This document shows, in pieces, positions 1 to 10,700 of a DNA stretch of 64,000 bases; position 1 is the stretch's first letter, and the number at the start of each line of letters is the position of its first letter. The notes under the pieces are model-generated. The model saw nothing but the letters and a program-made list of their open reading frames with translations, did no database searches and was not told the origin of the DNA. The position numbers and the translations under genes were made by a program. The stretch is taken from the NCBI GenBank assembly GCA_963843845.1, contig CAWJMB010000002.1, positions 1,280,001 through 1,344,000 of the forward strand, written 5' to 3'. Source of the stretch: an uncultured Gemmatimonadaceae bacterium (GTDB lineage Bacteria; Gemmatimonadota; Gemmatimonadetes; Gemmatimonadales; Gemmatimonadaceae).

Positions 1-102
1 GCCGTAGGCCTCGACGCGCGGGTGGCTCTTGTCGACGCGGCCGCCGCCGAACAGGCCGGTGCTGCCCTCGTCGCCGGTGCGAGTGTAGATGCGCAATGTC
101 AT
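1..102 (-). CDS. pduO: PduO-type cob(I)alamin adenosyltransferase, N-terminal fragment (runs off window)
   Basis: Manual translation from ATG at 102 (not in the ORF track): [34 protein letters not shown], which matches the PduO signature IYTRTGDxGxTxLxxGxRVxKxxxRVEAYG. A TAGTTT -10-like box lies 6 nt upstream. Confidence 0.9.
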   Translation of the reverse strand, partial: MTLRIYTRTGDEGSTGLFGGGRVDKSHPRVEAYG

Positions 103-317
103 GGCAGGAAACTACGGTCGAAGTTCCAGTGGTGTAAGGACTTATGCCTGTCGAACCGGCCGACGGCCCGCGCGTCGCCTCCCGCTGTCGCCGCTGCGTT
201 CGGCAGTCGCCGTTCCGTTCCGCCGGTGCGGGGGCGTTCCGCGGCTCCAGTCGTGCTCCGCGTGTCCGGCCCTGCCACATCGCGGTGCGTCCGGCCGTCC
301 GCATGTAGCTTCCCCCA

Positions 318-1469
318 ATGTCGCCCGACGCCTCGCCACGCCCGCTTTCCCTGCTCCGGGCGATGATCGACTCGCTCGATCGCGAGTTGCTGCACGTGAT
401 GGCGCAGCGCATGGCGCTCGTAGCCGAAGTCGCGGCGTACAAGCGGCAGCACGGCGTGCACATCCGCGACGCCGCGCGCGAGCGCGAGGTGCTCGACGAT
501 CGGGCGCGCCGCGCGGAGGCGCTCGGGCTGCCGGCCGGCGAGGTGGAGTCGATCTTCCGGCTGCTGCTGCGCGCGAGCCGCGATCAGCAGTTCGCGCTGC
601 GCGCCGAGCAGGCGCTCGACGAACCGGTACGGACTGTCGCGGTCGTCGGTGGCGACGGGCGGATGGGGCGGATGCTCGGGCAGATGTTCGGGGACCTCGG
701 ACACCGCGTGCTCGTCGCCGACGTCGACACGACGCTGCGCGCGGCGGAGGCGGCGGCGCTCGCCGACGTCACGGTCGTCAGTGTTCCGATCGACGAGACC
801 GAGCGTGTCGTGCGCGAGATCGGTCCGTACGTGCGGCCGGATGCGGCGCTCGTCGACGTGACCAGCGTGAAGGAGGGCCCGGTCGCCGCGATGCTCGCCG
901 CGACCGTGACGACGGGTGCGAGCGTCGTCGGCACGCACCCGATGTTCGGGCCGACGGTGCACACGCTGCAGGGACAGCGTGTCGTCGTCTGCCGGGCGCG
1001 CGGCGACGTCTGGGCCGACTGGGTCGTGCGCACGTTCGCCGGGCGCGGGATGATCGTCACCGAGACGACACCGGCGGCGCACGACCGCGCGATGGCGATC
1101 GTGCAGGTGCTGACGCACTTCCAGACGCAGGTTTCGGGGCTCACGCTCGCCCGGCTCGGCGTGCCCCTCGACGAGACGCTGCGCTTCACGTCGCCCGCGT
1201 ACCTGCTCGAGCTCTACGTCGCGGCGCGCCATTTCGCCCAGTCGCCGTCGCTCTACGGGCCGATCGAGATGCGCAACCCTCGCTCGGTCGACGTCACGGC
1301 GACCTTCGAGGCGTCAGTGCGCGAGGTCGCCGAGATCATCGTGACCGGGGACCAACTGCGGTTCTCGGCGATGTTCGACGAAGTGCGGGCGTTCTTCGGC
1401 GAGTTCACCGGCGAGGCGCTCGAGCAGTCGGCGTTCCTCATCGACCGCATCGTCGAGCGGAGCGGGTGA
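318..1469 (+). CDS. tyrA: Bifunctional chorismate mutase / prephenate dehydrogenase
   Basis: N-terminal AroQ-type CM (LRAMIDSLDRELL..RMALV..VAAYK..IRDAARE), then Rossmann GGDGRMG, DVTSVK, GTHPMFGP and HDRAMAIVQVLTH motifs. Confidence 0.93.
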   Translation: MSPDASPRPLSLLRAMIDSLDRELLHVMAQRMALVAEVAAYKRQHGVHIRDAAREREVLDDRARRAEALGLPAGEVESIFRLLLRASRDQQFALRAEQALDEPVRTVAVVGGDGRMGRMLGQMFGDLGHRVLVADVDTTLRAAEAAALADVTVVSVPIDETERVVREIGPYVRPDAALVDVTSVKEGPVAAMLAATVTTGASVVGTHPMFGPTVHTLQGQRVVVCRARGDVWADWVVRTFAGRGMIVTETTPAAHDRAMAIVQVLTHFQTQVSGLTLARLGVPLDETLRFTSPAYLLELYVAARHFAQSPSLYGPIEMRNPRSVDVTATFEASVREVAEIIVTGDQLRFSAMFDEVRAFFGEFTGEALEQSAFLIDRIVERSG

Positions 1470-1500
1470 GCGCCGGCGCCCGGCGATTACCTTGTGGCCC

Positions 1501-2536
1501 ATGAGTCATCCGATCACCGACATCACGATCATCGGCGGCGGCCCGACGGGCATGTTCGCCTCCTTCTACGCCGGCATGCGCGGCGCGACCGCGCAGATCG
1601 TCGACGCCCTCCCCCAGCTCGGCGGCCAGCTCACGGCGCTCTACCCGGAGAAGTACATCTTCGACGTCGCCGGCTTTCCGCAGGTGCTCGCGAAGGATCT
1701 CGTCAGGTCGCTCGCCGAGCAGGCGGCGCGGTGGGGCTTTCCGGCGCACCTCAACCAGCGCGTCACCGGACTCGAGGAAGGGGCCGACGAGCGCGGACGC
1801 CACTTCGTGCTCGTCACGGAGACCGACCGCTTCCCGACGCGCGTCGCTCGTCATCGCTGCCGGCATCGGCGCGTTCTCGCCGCGCCGCCTGCCGCAGCCG
1901 TGTGCGGAGGGGTGGTACGGGCGCGGGATCTACGACGTGGTGACCAACCCCGACGACTACCGCGGCCAGCGGGTCGTCATCATCGGCGGCGGCGACTCGG
2001 CGTTCGACTGGGGAACGCAGCTCGTCGGGCGCGCCGAGCACGTGACGCTCGTGCACCGCTCCGACCGATTCCGCGCGCACGGCGCGACGGTGGCCGAGTT
2101 CGACGCCGCGGTGCGGGCGGGGAAGGCGACGCTCCACACCTTCCACGAGCTGGCCGACATCCGCCCGCACGAGAGCGGCGAGCGGTTCAGCCACATCGTC
2201 CTGAAGGACATCAAGGCGAAGACGACGCGCGAGCTCGAGGCGGACGTCGTGCTGCCGATGCTCGGCTTCGTCAGCGACCTCGGGCCGTTAGGCAGTTGGG
2301 GGCTGACGCTCGACAAAGACGAGATCGTCGTCGGCACGACGATGGAGACGGGGCGCGCAGGGCTGTGGGCCGCGGGGGACATCACGACGTATCCCGGCAA
2401 GCTCAAGCTGATCGCGTCCGGGTTCTCGGAGGCGGCGATCGCGGTGAACCAGGCGGTGCACTGGGTCTATCCGGAGAAGAAGGTCACGCCGGGGCACAGC
2501 TCGAACCTCGCGGTCTTCGGGCAGAAGGACGATTAG
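1501..2536 (+). CDS. Ferredoxin--NADP(+) reductase (TrxB/YumC-like), one frameshift near 1845
   Basis: DITIIGGGPTG and LGGQLTALYPEKYIFDVAGFP in one frame; GGGDSAFDW, VHR and GDITTYPGKLKLIASGFSEAA..PGHSS in the next frame. Confidence 0.9.
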
Positions 2537-2539
2537 CGG

Positions 2540-3462
2540 TCAGTCGTACCGCACCCGCGGATCGGCCTTCGCGTACGCCAGGTCGGTCAGCAGGTTCACG
2601 AGCACGAACACCGCGCTCAGGAACAGCACCGACCCCTGGATCGCCGGCAGGTCGCGCCGCGCTGATCGCGTTCACGACGTAGCGGCCGAGTCCCGGCCAC
2701 GAGAAGATCGTCTCGGTGAGGATGCTGCCCGTGAGGTAGTAGCCGAAGTCGAGGCCGAGCACCGTGATGACCGGGATGAGCGCGTTGCGCAGCCCGTGGC
2801 GCAGCACGACGGCGCGCTCGGCGAGTCCCTTCGCGCGCGCCGTGCGCACGAAATCGCCGCCCAGCACCTCGAGCATCGCCGAGCGGGTGACGCGGGCGAG
2901 GAACGCGACCGAGCGCATGCCTAGCGCGAGCGCCGGCAGGATCAGGTACTTCACGCCGCCGTAGCCGCTCGGCGGGAGCCAGCGGAGCGTCACGCGCGAA
3001 CAGCAGCACGAGCAGCAGCCCGACCCAGTAGACGGGGAACGAGATGCCGAGGTATGCGCCGCCCAGGGCGAGCCGGTCGACCCAGCCGCCCGGCCGCCGC
3101 GCGGAGAGGACGCCGATCGTGATCCCGGTGACCGAGGCGAGGAGCATGGCCGCGCCGGCGAGGAGCAGCGTCTTCGGAAACCGCTCGGCGACGTCGCGCG
3201 CGATCGGGCGGTTCGTGATGAACGAGCGGCCGAGGTCGCCCGGAGAATGCCGGCGGCGTAGAGCGCGAACTGCGTCGGGAGCGGCTCGTCGAGGTGGAGC
3301 TCGTGCCCGCAGGCGCGCGATCGTCGCCGCGTCGGCGCGCTCGCCGACCATCTCCTGCACCGGATCGCCCGGGGCGACGTAGAGCAGCAGGAAGACGACG
3401 ACGAGCACGCCGAGGAGCGTCGGGATCGCGAGCAGGAGGCGGCGGGCGAGAACGGAGAACAT
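2540..3462 (-). CDS. Peptide/nickel ABC transporter permease (DppB/OppB-like), frameshifted
   Basis: RRLLLAIPTLLGV..APGDP, GDLGRSF, EAA-loop (MLEVLGGDFVRTARAKGL) and ETIFSWPGLG spread over several frames. Confidence 0.88.
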
Positions 3463-3475
3463 CAGCGGACGGCCG

Positions 3476-5088
3476 TCACCTCACCGCGTGCCCATTCGAC
3501 TCCAACCGCACGCCCGTCATCGCTGGCCGTTGAAGATCGACGGCACCTGGAAGCCGCGGATCCACGGCTGGATGGCGTAGAGCTCGTTGTAGAAGAAGAG
3601 GTACGCCATCGGCGCGTCGTCGAACGCGATCGCGTCGGCCTCGCGCGCGAGAGCGCGGTGCGCTGCGCGTCGTCCGGCCGTGCGGCGGGCGAGCGAGCAC
3701 GAGCGAGTCGAACGTCGCGCGTTCGAGAAGAACGACACGTTGCCGCCGACGCCCTTGCTCGCCGAGTGGAGCAGCGGATAGAGGAACGCGTCGGCGTCGG
3801 GGTAGTCGGCCCACCAGTCCTTCACCATGAGATCGACCTGTCCGTTGCGCGCGGCCTCGCGCACGCTCGACGCGTCGCGCTGCACGATCTTGGCGCGGAT
3901 GCCGACCTTGGCGAGGTAGCCCTGGATCGTCTGCGCGAGGCGCGAGAACGTCGCGTCCTGCGACACCCAGAGCTCGACGTCGATGCCGTTCGGGTGGCCG
4001 GCGTCGGTCAGGAGGCGGCGGGCGGCCGCGGTATCGTATGCGTAGGGCGCGCGCGCGGTCCCCGTCGAGTCGAGCGCCGGGGGGACGACGCCGGCGGCGA
4101 GCTTTCCGCGCCCCGCGATGAGCCGGTCGAGAATCGTGCGCGTGTCGATCGCATGGTTGATCGCCTGCCGCACGCGCTCGTCGGCGAGCGGGCCGCGCGT
4201 CGTGTTGATCGCCACGTAGTAGAGCCGGAGCGCCGGAGCGCTCTGGAGGCGCGCCGCCTTGTCGTCGGTCTGCTCCCAGTTGCGCGTCTCCCCTTCCGGA
4301 ACCTGCAGCAGGTCGACGTTGCCGCTCTCGAACTCCGCCTGCGCGGTGCTCGGCTCCGGGATGATGCGGGCGACGAGCGTGTCGATGGCGGGCTTCTCGC
4401 CGAAGTAGGCGGGGTTGCGTGCGAACTTCAGGTAGTCGTCGTGCTTCCACTCGACGAACTTCCACGGGCCGGTGCCGATCGGCTTCTGCCCGAGGTCCGC
4501 GCCCGCCGTCGACGGCACGATCGCGGCGACCGGCATGGCGAGGAACTTCGGGAAGATGGTGAGCGGCTCTCGGAGCGTGATGCGGACGGTGCTGTCGTCG
4601 ACCGCGGTGACGCCGCCCAACGATCTCGCCTGGCCGCCGAAGAACTCCGCCGCGCCGCGAATCGGCATGAGCGGCCACGTGCGTCCGGCCGAGCTGCCCG
4701 GCGCGAGCACGCGCTGGAAGCTGAACACGACGGCGGCGGCCGTGAACGGGGTGCCGTCGTGGAACGTGACGCCGCTCCGCAGATGAAAGGTGTACGTCAG
4801 CCCGTCGGGGGACACGTCCCACCGCGTCGCGAGCGCCGGGACGACCCGCGCGTCGGGCGTGAAGCGCGTGAGGCCATCGAAGACGTAGCTCACGGCGCGC
4901 CCGGTCGGCACGTCGGTCGAGAGCGCGGGGTCGAGTGAGCGCGGGTCGTAGGTGTCGCGCGAGTCGACGAGGCGGTGCCGGCCGGACGACGCGTCGCCCC
5001 CGGTGCCGGTGCAGGCGAGCGCGCCGCCGACGAGCGCGCTAGCGAGCGCGCCGGCGGCGAGTGTGCAGAGGGCGGAGTGCCGGCGCAT
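3476..5088 (-). CDS. Peptide ABC transporter substrate-binding lipoprotein (DppA/OppA family 5); indels near the C-terminus
   Basis: Lipoprotein-like signal (GALAC), SLDPA, LATRWDVSPDGLTYTFHLRSGVTFHDG, PIGTGPWKF, RVRQAINHAID. Confidence 0.9.
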
Positions 5089-5141
5089 GAGAGCTGGGAT
5101 GGTGACTGCGCGACGGTTGACATCACCTTCGCGCGGGCGAG

Positions 5142-5171
5142 AACTTACCCCGTTCGCTCCGAGGCCGTCAA
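5142..5171 (-). promoter_or_regulatory. Sigma70-like promoter for the dppA-like gene
   Basis: Minus strand TTGACG (5171-5166), 18 nt spacer, TAAGTT (5147-5142). A + strand TTGACA at 5117-5122 suggests an overlapping divergent promoter. Confidence 0.5.
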
Positions 5172-5211
5172 CGCGCGTCGTCGTGCGGCTCCCTCTGCAT
5201 CGATCCCCGCC

Positions 5212-5499
5212 GTGACTCCGTCTCCGCGCACCGCTCCTACCGTTCGTCGCCCGGCGCGGGTCGTGCGCCCGGTCGCCCCTGGCGAGTTCGCGCCGACCTA
5301 CGTCACACGCGGGCGCCTCACGCCGGGCGAGATGGGGACCGCCGTCGGGGTCGGCATGAGCCTCGCGCTGCTCGGCTTCTACCTCGCGAAGCTGTGGCTG
5401 GAGCGCGGACCGGTGCTTCCGCCGGCACCCCCGGCCGCCGCCGACGAGGCCAGCCCGACCCGGGGCGGCACGATCACGCCGCAGCGCGCGGCGACGTGA
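5212..5499 (+). CDS. Small hypothetical single-pass membrane protein
   Basis: GTG start, hydrophobic stretch GTAVGVGMSLALLGFYLAKLWL, and a stop overlapping the tamA start (GTGA). Confidence 0.6.
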   Translation: MTPSPRTAPTVRRPARVVRPVAPGEFAPTYVTRGRLTPGEMGTAVGVGMSLALLGFYLAKLWLERGPVLPPAPPAAADEASPTRGGTITPQRAAT

Positions 5500-7718
5500 C
5501 GTCCCGACGCGGGCGATTCGCGCTCGCGTTGGGCACGCTCGCCGCCGCCCTGCTCGGCGCCGCCGACGGCGGCGCGCAGGACCTCACCTGCCAGGCCGGC
5601 GACCGCGAAGTGCGCGCGCTCCGCTTCACCGGGAACGCCGCGTTCGACGACACGGAGCTCGGCAACGTCGTCGTCACGACGCCGTCGTCCGCGCTCAGTC
5701 GACTGCGCGTCGTCGGCACGCGCCGCTGTCTCGACCCGGTCGAATTCGCGCGCGACGTCATCCGGCTGGAGGCGTACTACCGCAAGCGCGGGTACCCGAC
5801 GGCGACGATCGACACGACCGTGCAGCGCGTGCCGGGCAGCACGGGACGCCGCGTCGACGTCACCTTCCGCGTGAACGAGGGAGCAGCGCAGCGGCTCGAT
5901 CGCATCACGGTCACGGGGCTCGCCGGCGTGCGCGACTCGGCACGCGTGCTGCGCGGACAGCCGCTGCGCGCCGGGGCGGTGTTCGACCGGGTCGCGCTCG
6001 AGGCGTTCCGTGACACCATCGTGCAGCGGCTGCACAGCAGCGGCTACCCGCGCGCCGAGGCGCTGCGCAGCTTCAGTACCCTGGGCGACAGCGTGACGGC
6101 CGGGATCGACGTGCAGCCCGGTCCGTTCACGCGCATCGGCACCGTCGTCGTGCGCGTCGACACGAGCGGCACGAACCGGCAGCGCATTCCCGACGCCGCC
6201 GTGCGCCGCATGGTCGGCGTGCAGCCAGGCGATCCGTACAGCGCGGCCGACATCATCGCCGCGCAGCGTACCCTGTACCAGACGGATGCCTACCGCCGAG
6301 TCGACGTGCGCGTCGACACGACCGGGATGCGCGACTCGCTCGTCACGCTCGTCGTCGGGCTGCAGGAGGGGAAGCTGCACACCATCCGCGCCTCGCCAGG
6401 CTGGGCGACGCTCGACTGCTTCCGCGTGCAGGGCGACTTCACGGACCGCTTCTTCCTGCCGCGCGCACAGCGCCTCGACGTACAGGTCCGTCTGTCGCGC
6501 ATCGGGATCGGCAAGCCGTTGGGCGGGGCGCCGCAACTCTGCCCGCAGGCGCGCGACGACCCGTTCAGCGACCGACTGAACTACTACCTCGGCGCGACGG
6601 TCGCGCAGCCGGCGTTCTTTCGCCTGAACCGCGTGCCGTCGCTCACGCTGTTCACGTCGCAGACCTCCGAGTACAAGGCGTTCAGACGACGCACGTCGGT
6701 CGGCACGCAGCTCTCGCTCACGAGTCGTCCCGGCTCGCGGCTGCCGAGCACGCTCACGTATCAGTTCGAGCTCGGGCAGACGGAGGCGGGCGCGGTGATC
6801 TTCTGCGCCGTCTTCTCGGCGTGCACGCCGGCGGAGCGCGACCGGCGATCGCGCAACGTGCCGTTAGGCGCCATCGGCTACACCCTCGTGCGCGACGCGA
6901 CCGACGACCTGCTCACCCCGACGCGCGGCAGTCTCCAGCGGATCACGCTGCGCCACTCGTCGGCGTTCACGGGGTCGGACGCGACACAGCGGTTCAACAA
7001 GGTCGTGACCGACGCGAGCTGGTACTGGCGTGCGAACGACGGCAGCACGTTCATCGCGCATGTGCAGCTCGGCAGTCTGCTGGGCCGGGGGGGGGGCGGC
7101 GCGCCGCAGCAGGAGCGCCTCTACGCCGGCGGCCCGACGACGGTGCGCGGCTTCCGGCAGAACGAGCTCGGGCCGGCGGTCTACCTCGCGTCGCGCTACG
7201 ACACGGTGCGCGCGGGGGGGGACACCGTCTACTTCCGCCAGGCCAGCACGACGCGGCAGGAGCGCACGATCCCCACGGGAGGGAACACGCTGGTCGTCGC
7301 CAACGTCGAGGCGCAGCTGCGCAGCCCGATCCTGCCCAACCTGTTGCAGCTCGCGCTGTTCACCGACGCCGGCGAAGTGTGGGAGCGCGGGACGTCGAGC
7401 GCGGCGTTCCGCCGGCTGCAGATCACGCCGGGCGCCGGCGTGCGGGTGAAATCGCTGTTCGGCGTCATTCGCGTCGACCTCGGGTACAACCCGTACGCGC
7501 TCCGCAGCGGGGCGGCGTACCGCATCGAGTCGACGGCGAGTGGAGACGGGCAGTCGCTGTTCTGCGTCAGCCCCGGCAACACGCTCGCCGTCACCGGGCT
7601 CGCGACCGGACGTCCGTCACAGCAGAGCGGCGACTGCCCGACCACGTTTCAACCCAGCACGCCGAGCGGGTTCCTCCGGCGGCTGAATCCGAGCATCTGG
7701 ATCGGTAACGCGTTCTAG
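5496..7718 (+). CDS. tamA: TamA/BamA-family (Omp85) outer membrane protein
   Basis: Signal peptide, POTRA-like repeats (LRFTGN, YYRKRGY, GYPRA), YAGGPTTVRGF loop-6 motif, C-terminal IWIGNAF; lies directly upstream of a TamB-like gene. Confidence 0.85.
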   Translation: MTSRRGRFALALGTLAAALLGAADGGAQDLTCQAGDREVRALRFTGNAAFDDTELGNVVVTTPSSALSRLRVVGTRRCLDPVEFARDVIRLEAYYRKRGYPTATIDTTVQRVPGSTGRRVDVTFRVNEGAAQRLDRITVTGLAGVRDSARVLRGQPLRAGAVFDRVALEAFRDTIVQRLHSSGYPRAEALRSFSTLGDSVTAGIDVQPGPFTRIGTVVVRVDTSGTNRQRIPDAAVRRMVGVQPGDPYSAADIIAAQRTLYQTDAYRRVDVRVDTTGMRDSLVTLVVGLQEGKLHTIRASPGWATLDCFRVQGDFTDRFFLPRAQRLDVQVRLSRIGIGKPLGGAPQLCPQARDDPFSDRLNYYLGATVAQPAFFRLNRVPSLTLFTSQTSEYKAFRRRTSVGTQLSLTSRPGSRLPSTLTYQFELGQTEAGAVIFCAVFSACTPAERDRRSRNVPLGAIGYTLVRDATDDLLTPTRGSLQRITLRHSSAFTGSDATQRFNKVVTDASWYWRANDGSTFIAHVQLGSLLGRGGGGAPQQERLYAGGPTTVRGFRQNELGPAVYLASRYDTVRAGGDTVYFRQASTTRQERTIPTGGNTLVVANVEAQLRSPILPNLLQLALFTDAGEVWERGTSSAAFRRLQITPGAGVRVKSLFGVIRVDLGYNPYALRSGAAYRIESTASGDGQSLFCVSPGNTLAVTGLATGRPSQQSGDCPTTFQPSTPSGFLRRLNPSIWIGNAF

Positions 7719-7730
7719 CTCGACATCCCC

Positions 7731-10700
7731 GTGTCCCGTAGAAAAGTCGTCGCGCTCGTCAGCGCCGCGTTCCTCCTCGCCGTCTGCGTCGGCGTGGTGG
7801 CGCTCGTCGTGGGCCTCACGCAGACGGGGACGGGGCAGGACTACGTGACGCGCCTGGTGCGCGAGCAGCTCGCGCCGAACGTGTCAGGCAAGTTGTACGT
7901 GGGGCGCGTGAGCGGCGGCTTCCTCGACGGGGTGCGGATCGACTCGGTGGAGCTGCGCGGCGAGGACGACTCGCTGTTCGTGGCGACGGGCCCCATCCGC
8001 ATCTGGTACGACGTGCGCGACCTGATCGACAAGCGCGTGTTGCTCAAGCGCGTCGAGATCGAACGCCCGACGATCCGGGTCGCGCAGCGCGAGAACGGAC
8101 GCTGGAACTACAAGGAGATCTTCCCCCCGAAGCCGCCGCGCCGCCGCAGCCGGGTGCGCACGTGGGGCGACTTCATCGTCGCCGACTCGGTGCACGTGCG
8201 CGACGGCACGTTCCAGTACATCCAGCCGTGGCGGCCTGCCGACTCGCTGCGCGGCGCCCGCCGCGACAGCGCGATCGCGTACAACGTCGCGCGGCGAGAC
8301 GCGACGATCCGTCGGCGGGTCGACGGACTCGCGCGGACGTACACGTGGCGGAAGATCGACCTCGCGCTGTCGCAGCTCAGCCTCGCCGAGCCGGACAGCG
8401 GGCGACGGACGGCGGAGATCGCGCGGCTCGACGTCGACGAGAGCGACCCGCCGTTTCTGTGGCGCAACATCCGAGGCAGCGCGCGCCAGCAGGGCGACTC
8501 GCTGTGGGTCACGACCACGCACTTCGACCTGCCCGGCTCGACGGGGACGGGACGCGCGCGGGTGACGTGGGGGAGCGGGCTGCCGACGCGCTACGACGTG
8601 TACGTGGTCGGCGACTCGGTGTCGCTCGCCGACGTCGCGTGGGTCTATCCGACGCTGCCGCGCACCGGCGGCGGGACGATGCAGCTGCACCTCTTCAACG
8701 ATCCGCGCAACCTGCGGGTGTTGCAGTACGCGCTGTCGAAGATCGACGTGCGGACCACACGATCGCACCTGACGGGCGCGATGACGTTCGGGGTCGGCGG
8801 GCCCGTGCTGCAGGTGAAGGACGTCGCGGTGCGCGCCGAGCCGATCGACTGGGCGCTGCTCCGCGTGTTCAACGGCAAGCCCTTTCCGTACGATTTCGCG
8901 GGAACGCTGACGGGGACGATCCGCGCGCGCGGCGGCCCGGTGAATCGCTTCGTCGTCGACGACGCGCGGCTGACGTGGGTCGACGGCAACGTGCCGGGTG
9001 CCACGTCGCAGTTCGCGGGGCGCGGGCAGCTCGACATCCTCTTCCCCGCGTTCACCGTCTTCCGCGGCTTCGACCTGGAGGTGCAGCGGCTCGACCTCCG
9101 GACGCCGCGCGCGCTGAACGCGACCTTCCCGCCGCTGGGCGGCACCGTCGACGGCCGCGCGCGGCTCGACTCGCTCTGGCTCGACCTCCGCGTGTCGAAC
9201 GCCGACGTGACGCATCGCGACGGGCCCGGCGAGCCGTCGCGCTTCACCGGCGGCGGCCGCGTCACGATCGGCGACGACTTCCTGCGCTACGACCTCGCGC
9301 TGCAGGCACAGCCGGTGTCGCTCACGACGCTCGCGCGATCGTATCCCGATCTCGTGGCGCGCGGCACGTTCACGGGGCCCGTGACGCTGCGCGGCACGAT
9401 CGACAGTCTGCTCGTGACGACGACGCTCACCGGCGGCGCGGGGACGTTCACGTTCGACGGACTCGTCGACGACTACGAGCCGTCGCTCGCCGTGCGCGGC
9501 CGCGGCACCTTCGCGTCGCTCGACCTGCGCTCGCTCCGCGGCGGCCCGGCGGCGGTGCCGGTCACGCAGCTGACCGGAACGTACGAGAGCGATCTGCGCG
9601 GCTCATCGCTCGCCGACCTCGCCGGCCGGCTGTCGCTCGACCTCGCGCGCTCGACGTTCGCCGGGACCCGCGTCTACGACGGCACGGCGCGGCTCGCGTT
9701 CGGCGACGGCCGAGTGCGCGCCGACTCGCTCGCCATCGACTCGCCGGCCTTCCGCCTCACGGCGCGCGGCGCGCTCGGGCTCGCGGCGGCGACGAGCGAC
9801 ACGATGCGCCTCACGGTCGTGGCCGACTCGCTCGGCGGCCTGCGGCGGTGGATCGGGGGCTCGCCGGCGGCGCCGGATTCGCTGAGCGGCTCGCTCCGGC
9901 TCTCGGGCACGCTCGCCGGCACGCTCGACACGACCGCGACGTCGCTCGGTCTCACGCTCGACGGACGGCTGCGCGGCGACGACCTCGTGCTGCGCGGTCT
10001 GCGCGCGTCGCTCCTCGACGGCACGGTCCGCGTGGCCGACGCGCTGCGGCGTCCGTTCATCGACGCGGCGCTCGGCGCGGACTCGCTCGCCGTCGGGCGG
10101 ATCGCGTTGGGCAGGGCCGACGCGACGTATGTGACCGCCGGCGGTCGGGGCCCGGCGCCCGGCACGCGGGACTCGGGGCGGACCGAGGGGCGCTTCACGC
10201 TGCGCGCGGCCTCGGATTCGGGGCCATCGATCGCCGTCGCCGGGAGCGCCGCGACGTCGCCGGACACGACGCGCGTCACCGTCGACAGCGCGCGGCTCGG
10301 GCTCGCGGCGCAGCACGCGTATCGGCTCGCGGCGCCGGCGAGCGTCGTGCTCGCGACGGCGAACGACGCGATCGTGCTCGATCCGTTCGTGCTGCGCGAC
10401 GAGCTCGGCGCGCAGCTCTCGGTCCGTGGCGCCCTGGGCGACACCGGTGCGGTCAGCGGCGCGCTCGTCGTCGAGCGTCTGCCGCTGGTCGACCTCGCGC
10501 GGCTCGGCGGACTGGTCGGCGGTCGCGGGAGCACGCAGTTCGACGGGCGGCTCGACCTTCGCGCGGCACTCGCCGGCACGCGCGCCGACCCGACGATCGA
10601 CCTCGGCGCGGCGACGCGCCGGGTGGAGGTCGCCGGCGTGGCGATCGATTCGTTGGGCCTCACGGCGCGCTACGCGGCGCGCCGGCTGGCGGCGGACGTG

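Noticed and set aside
103..317. Cobalamin riboswitch or attenuator in the pduO-tyrA spacer
   Set aside because: I could not recognise B12-box or leader-peptide features, and both genes appear leaderless. An Rfam scan would settle it.
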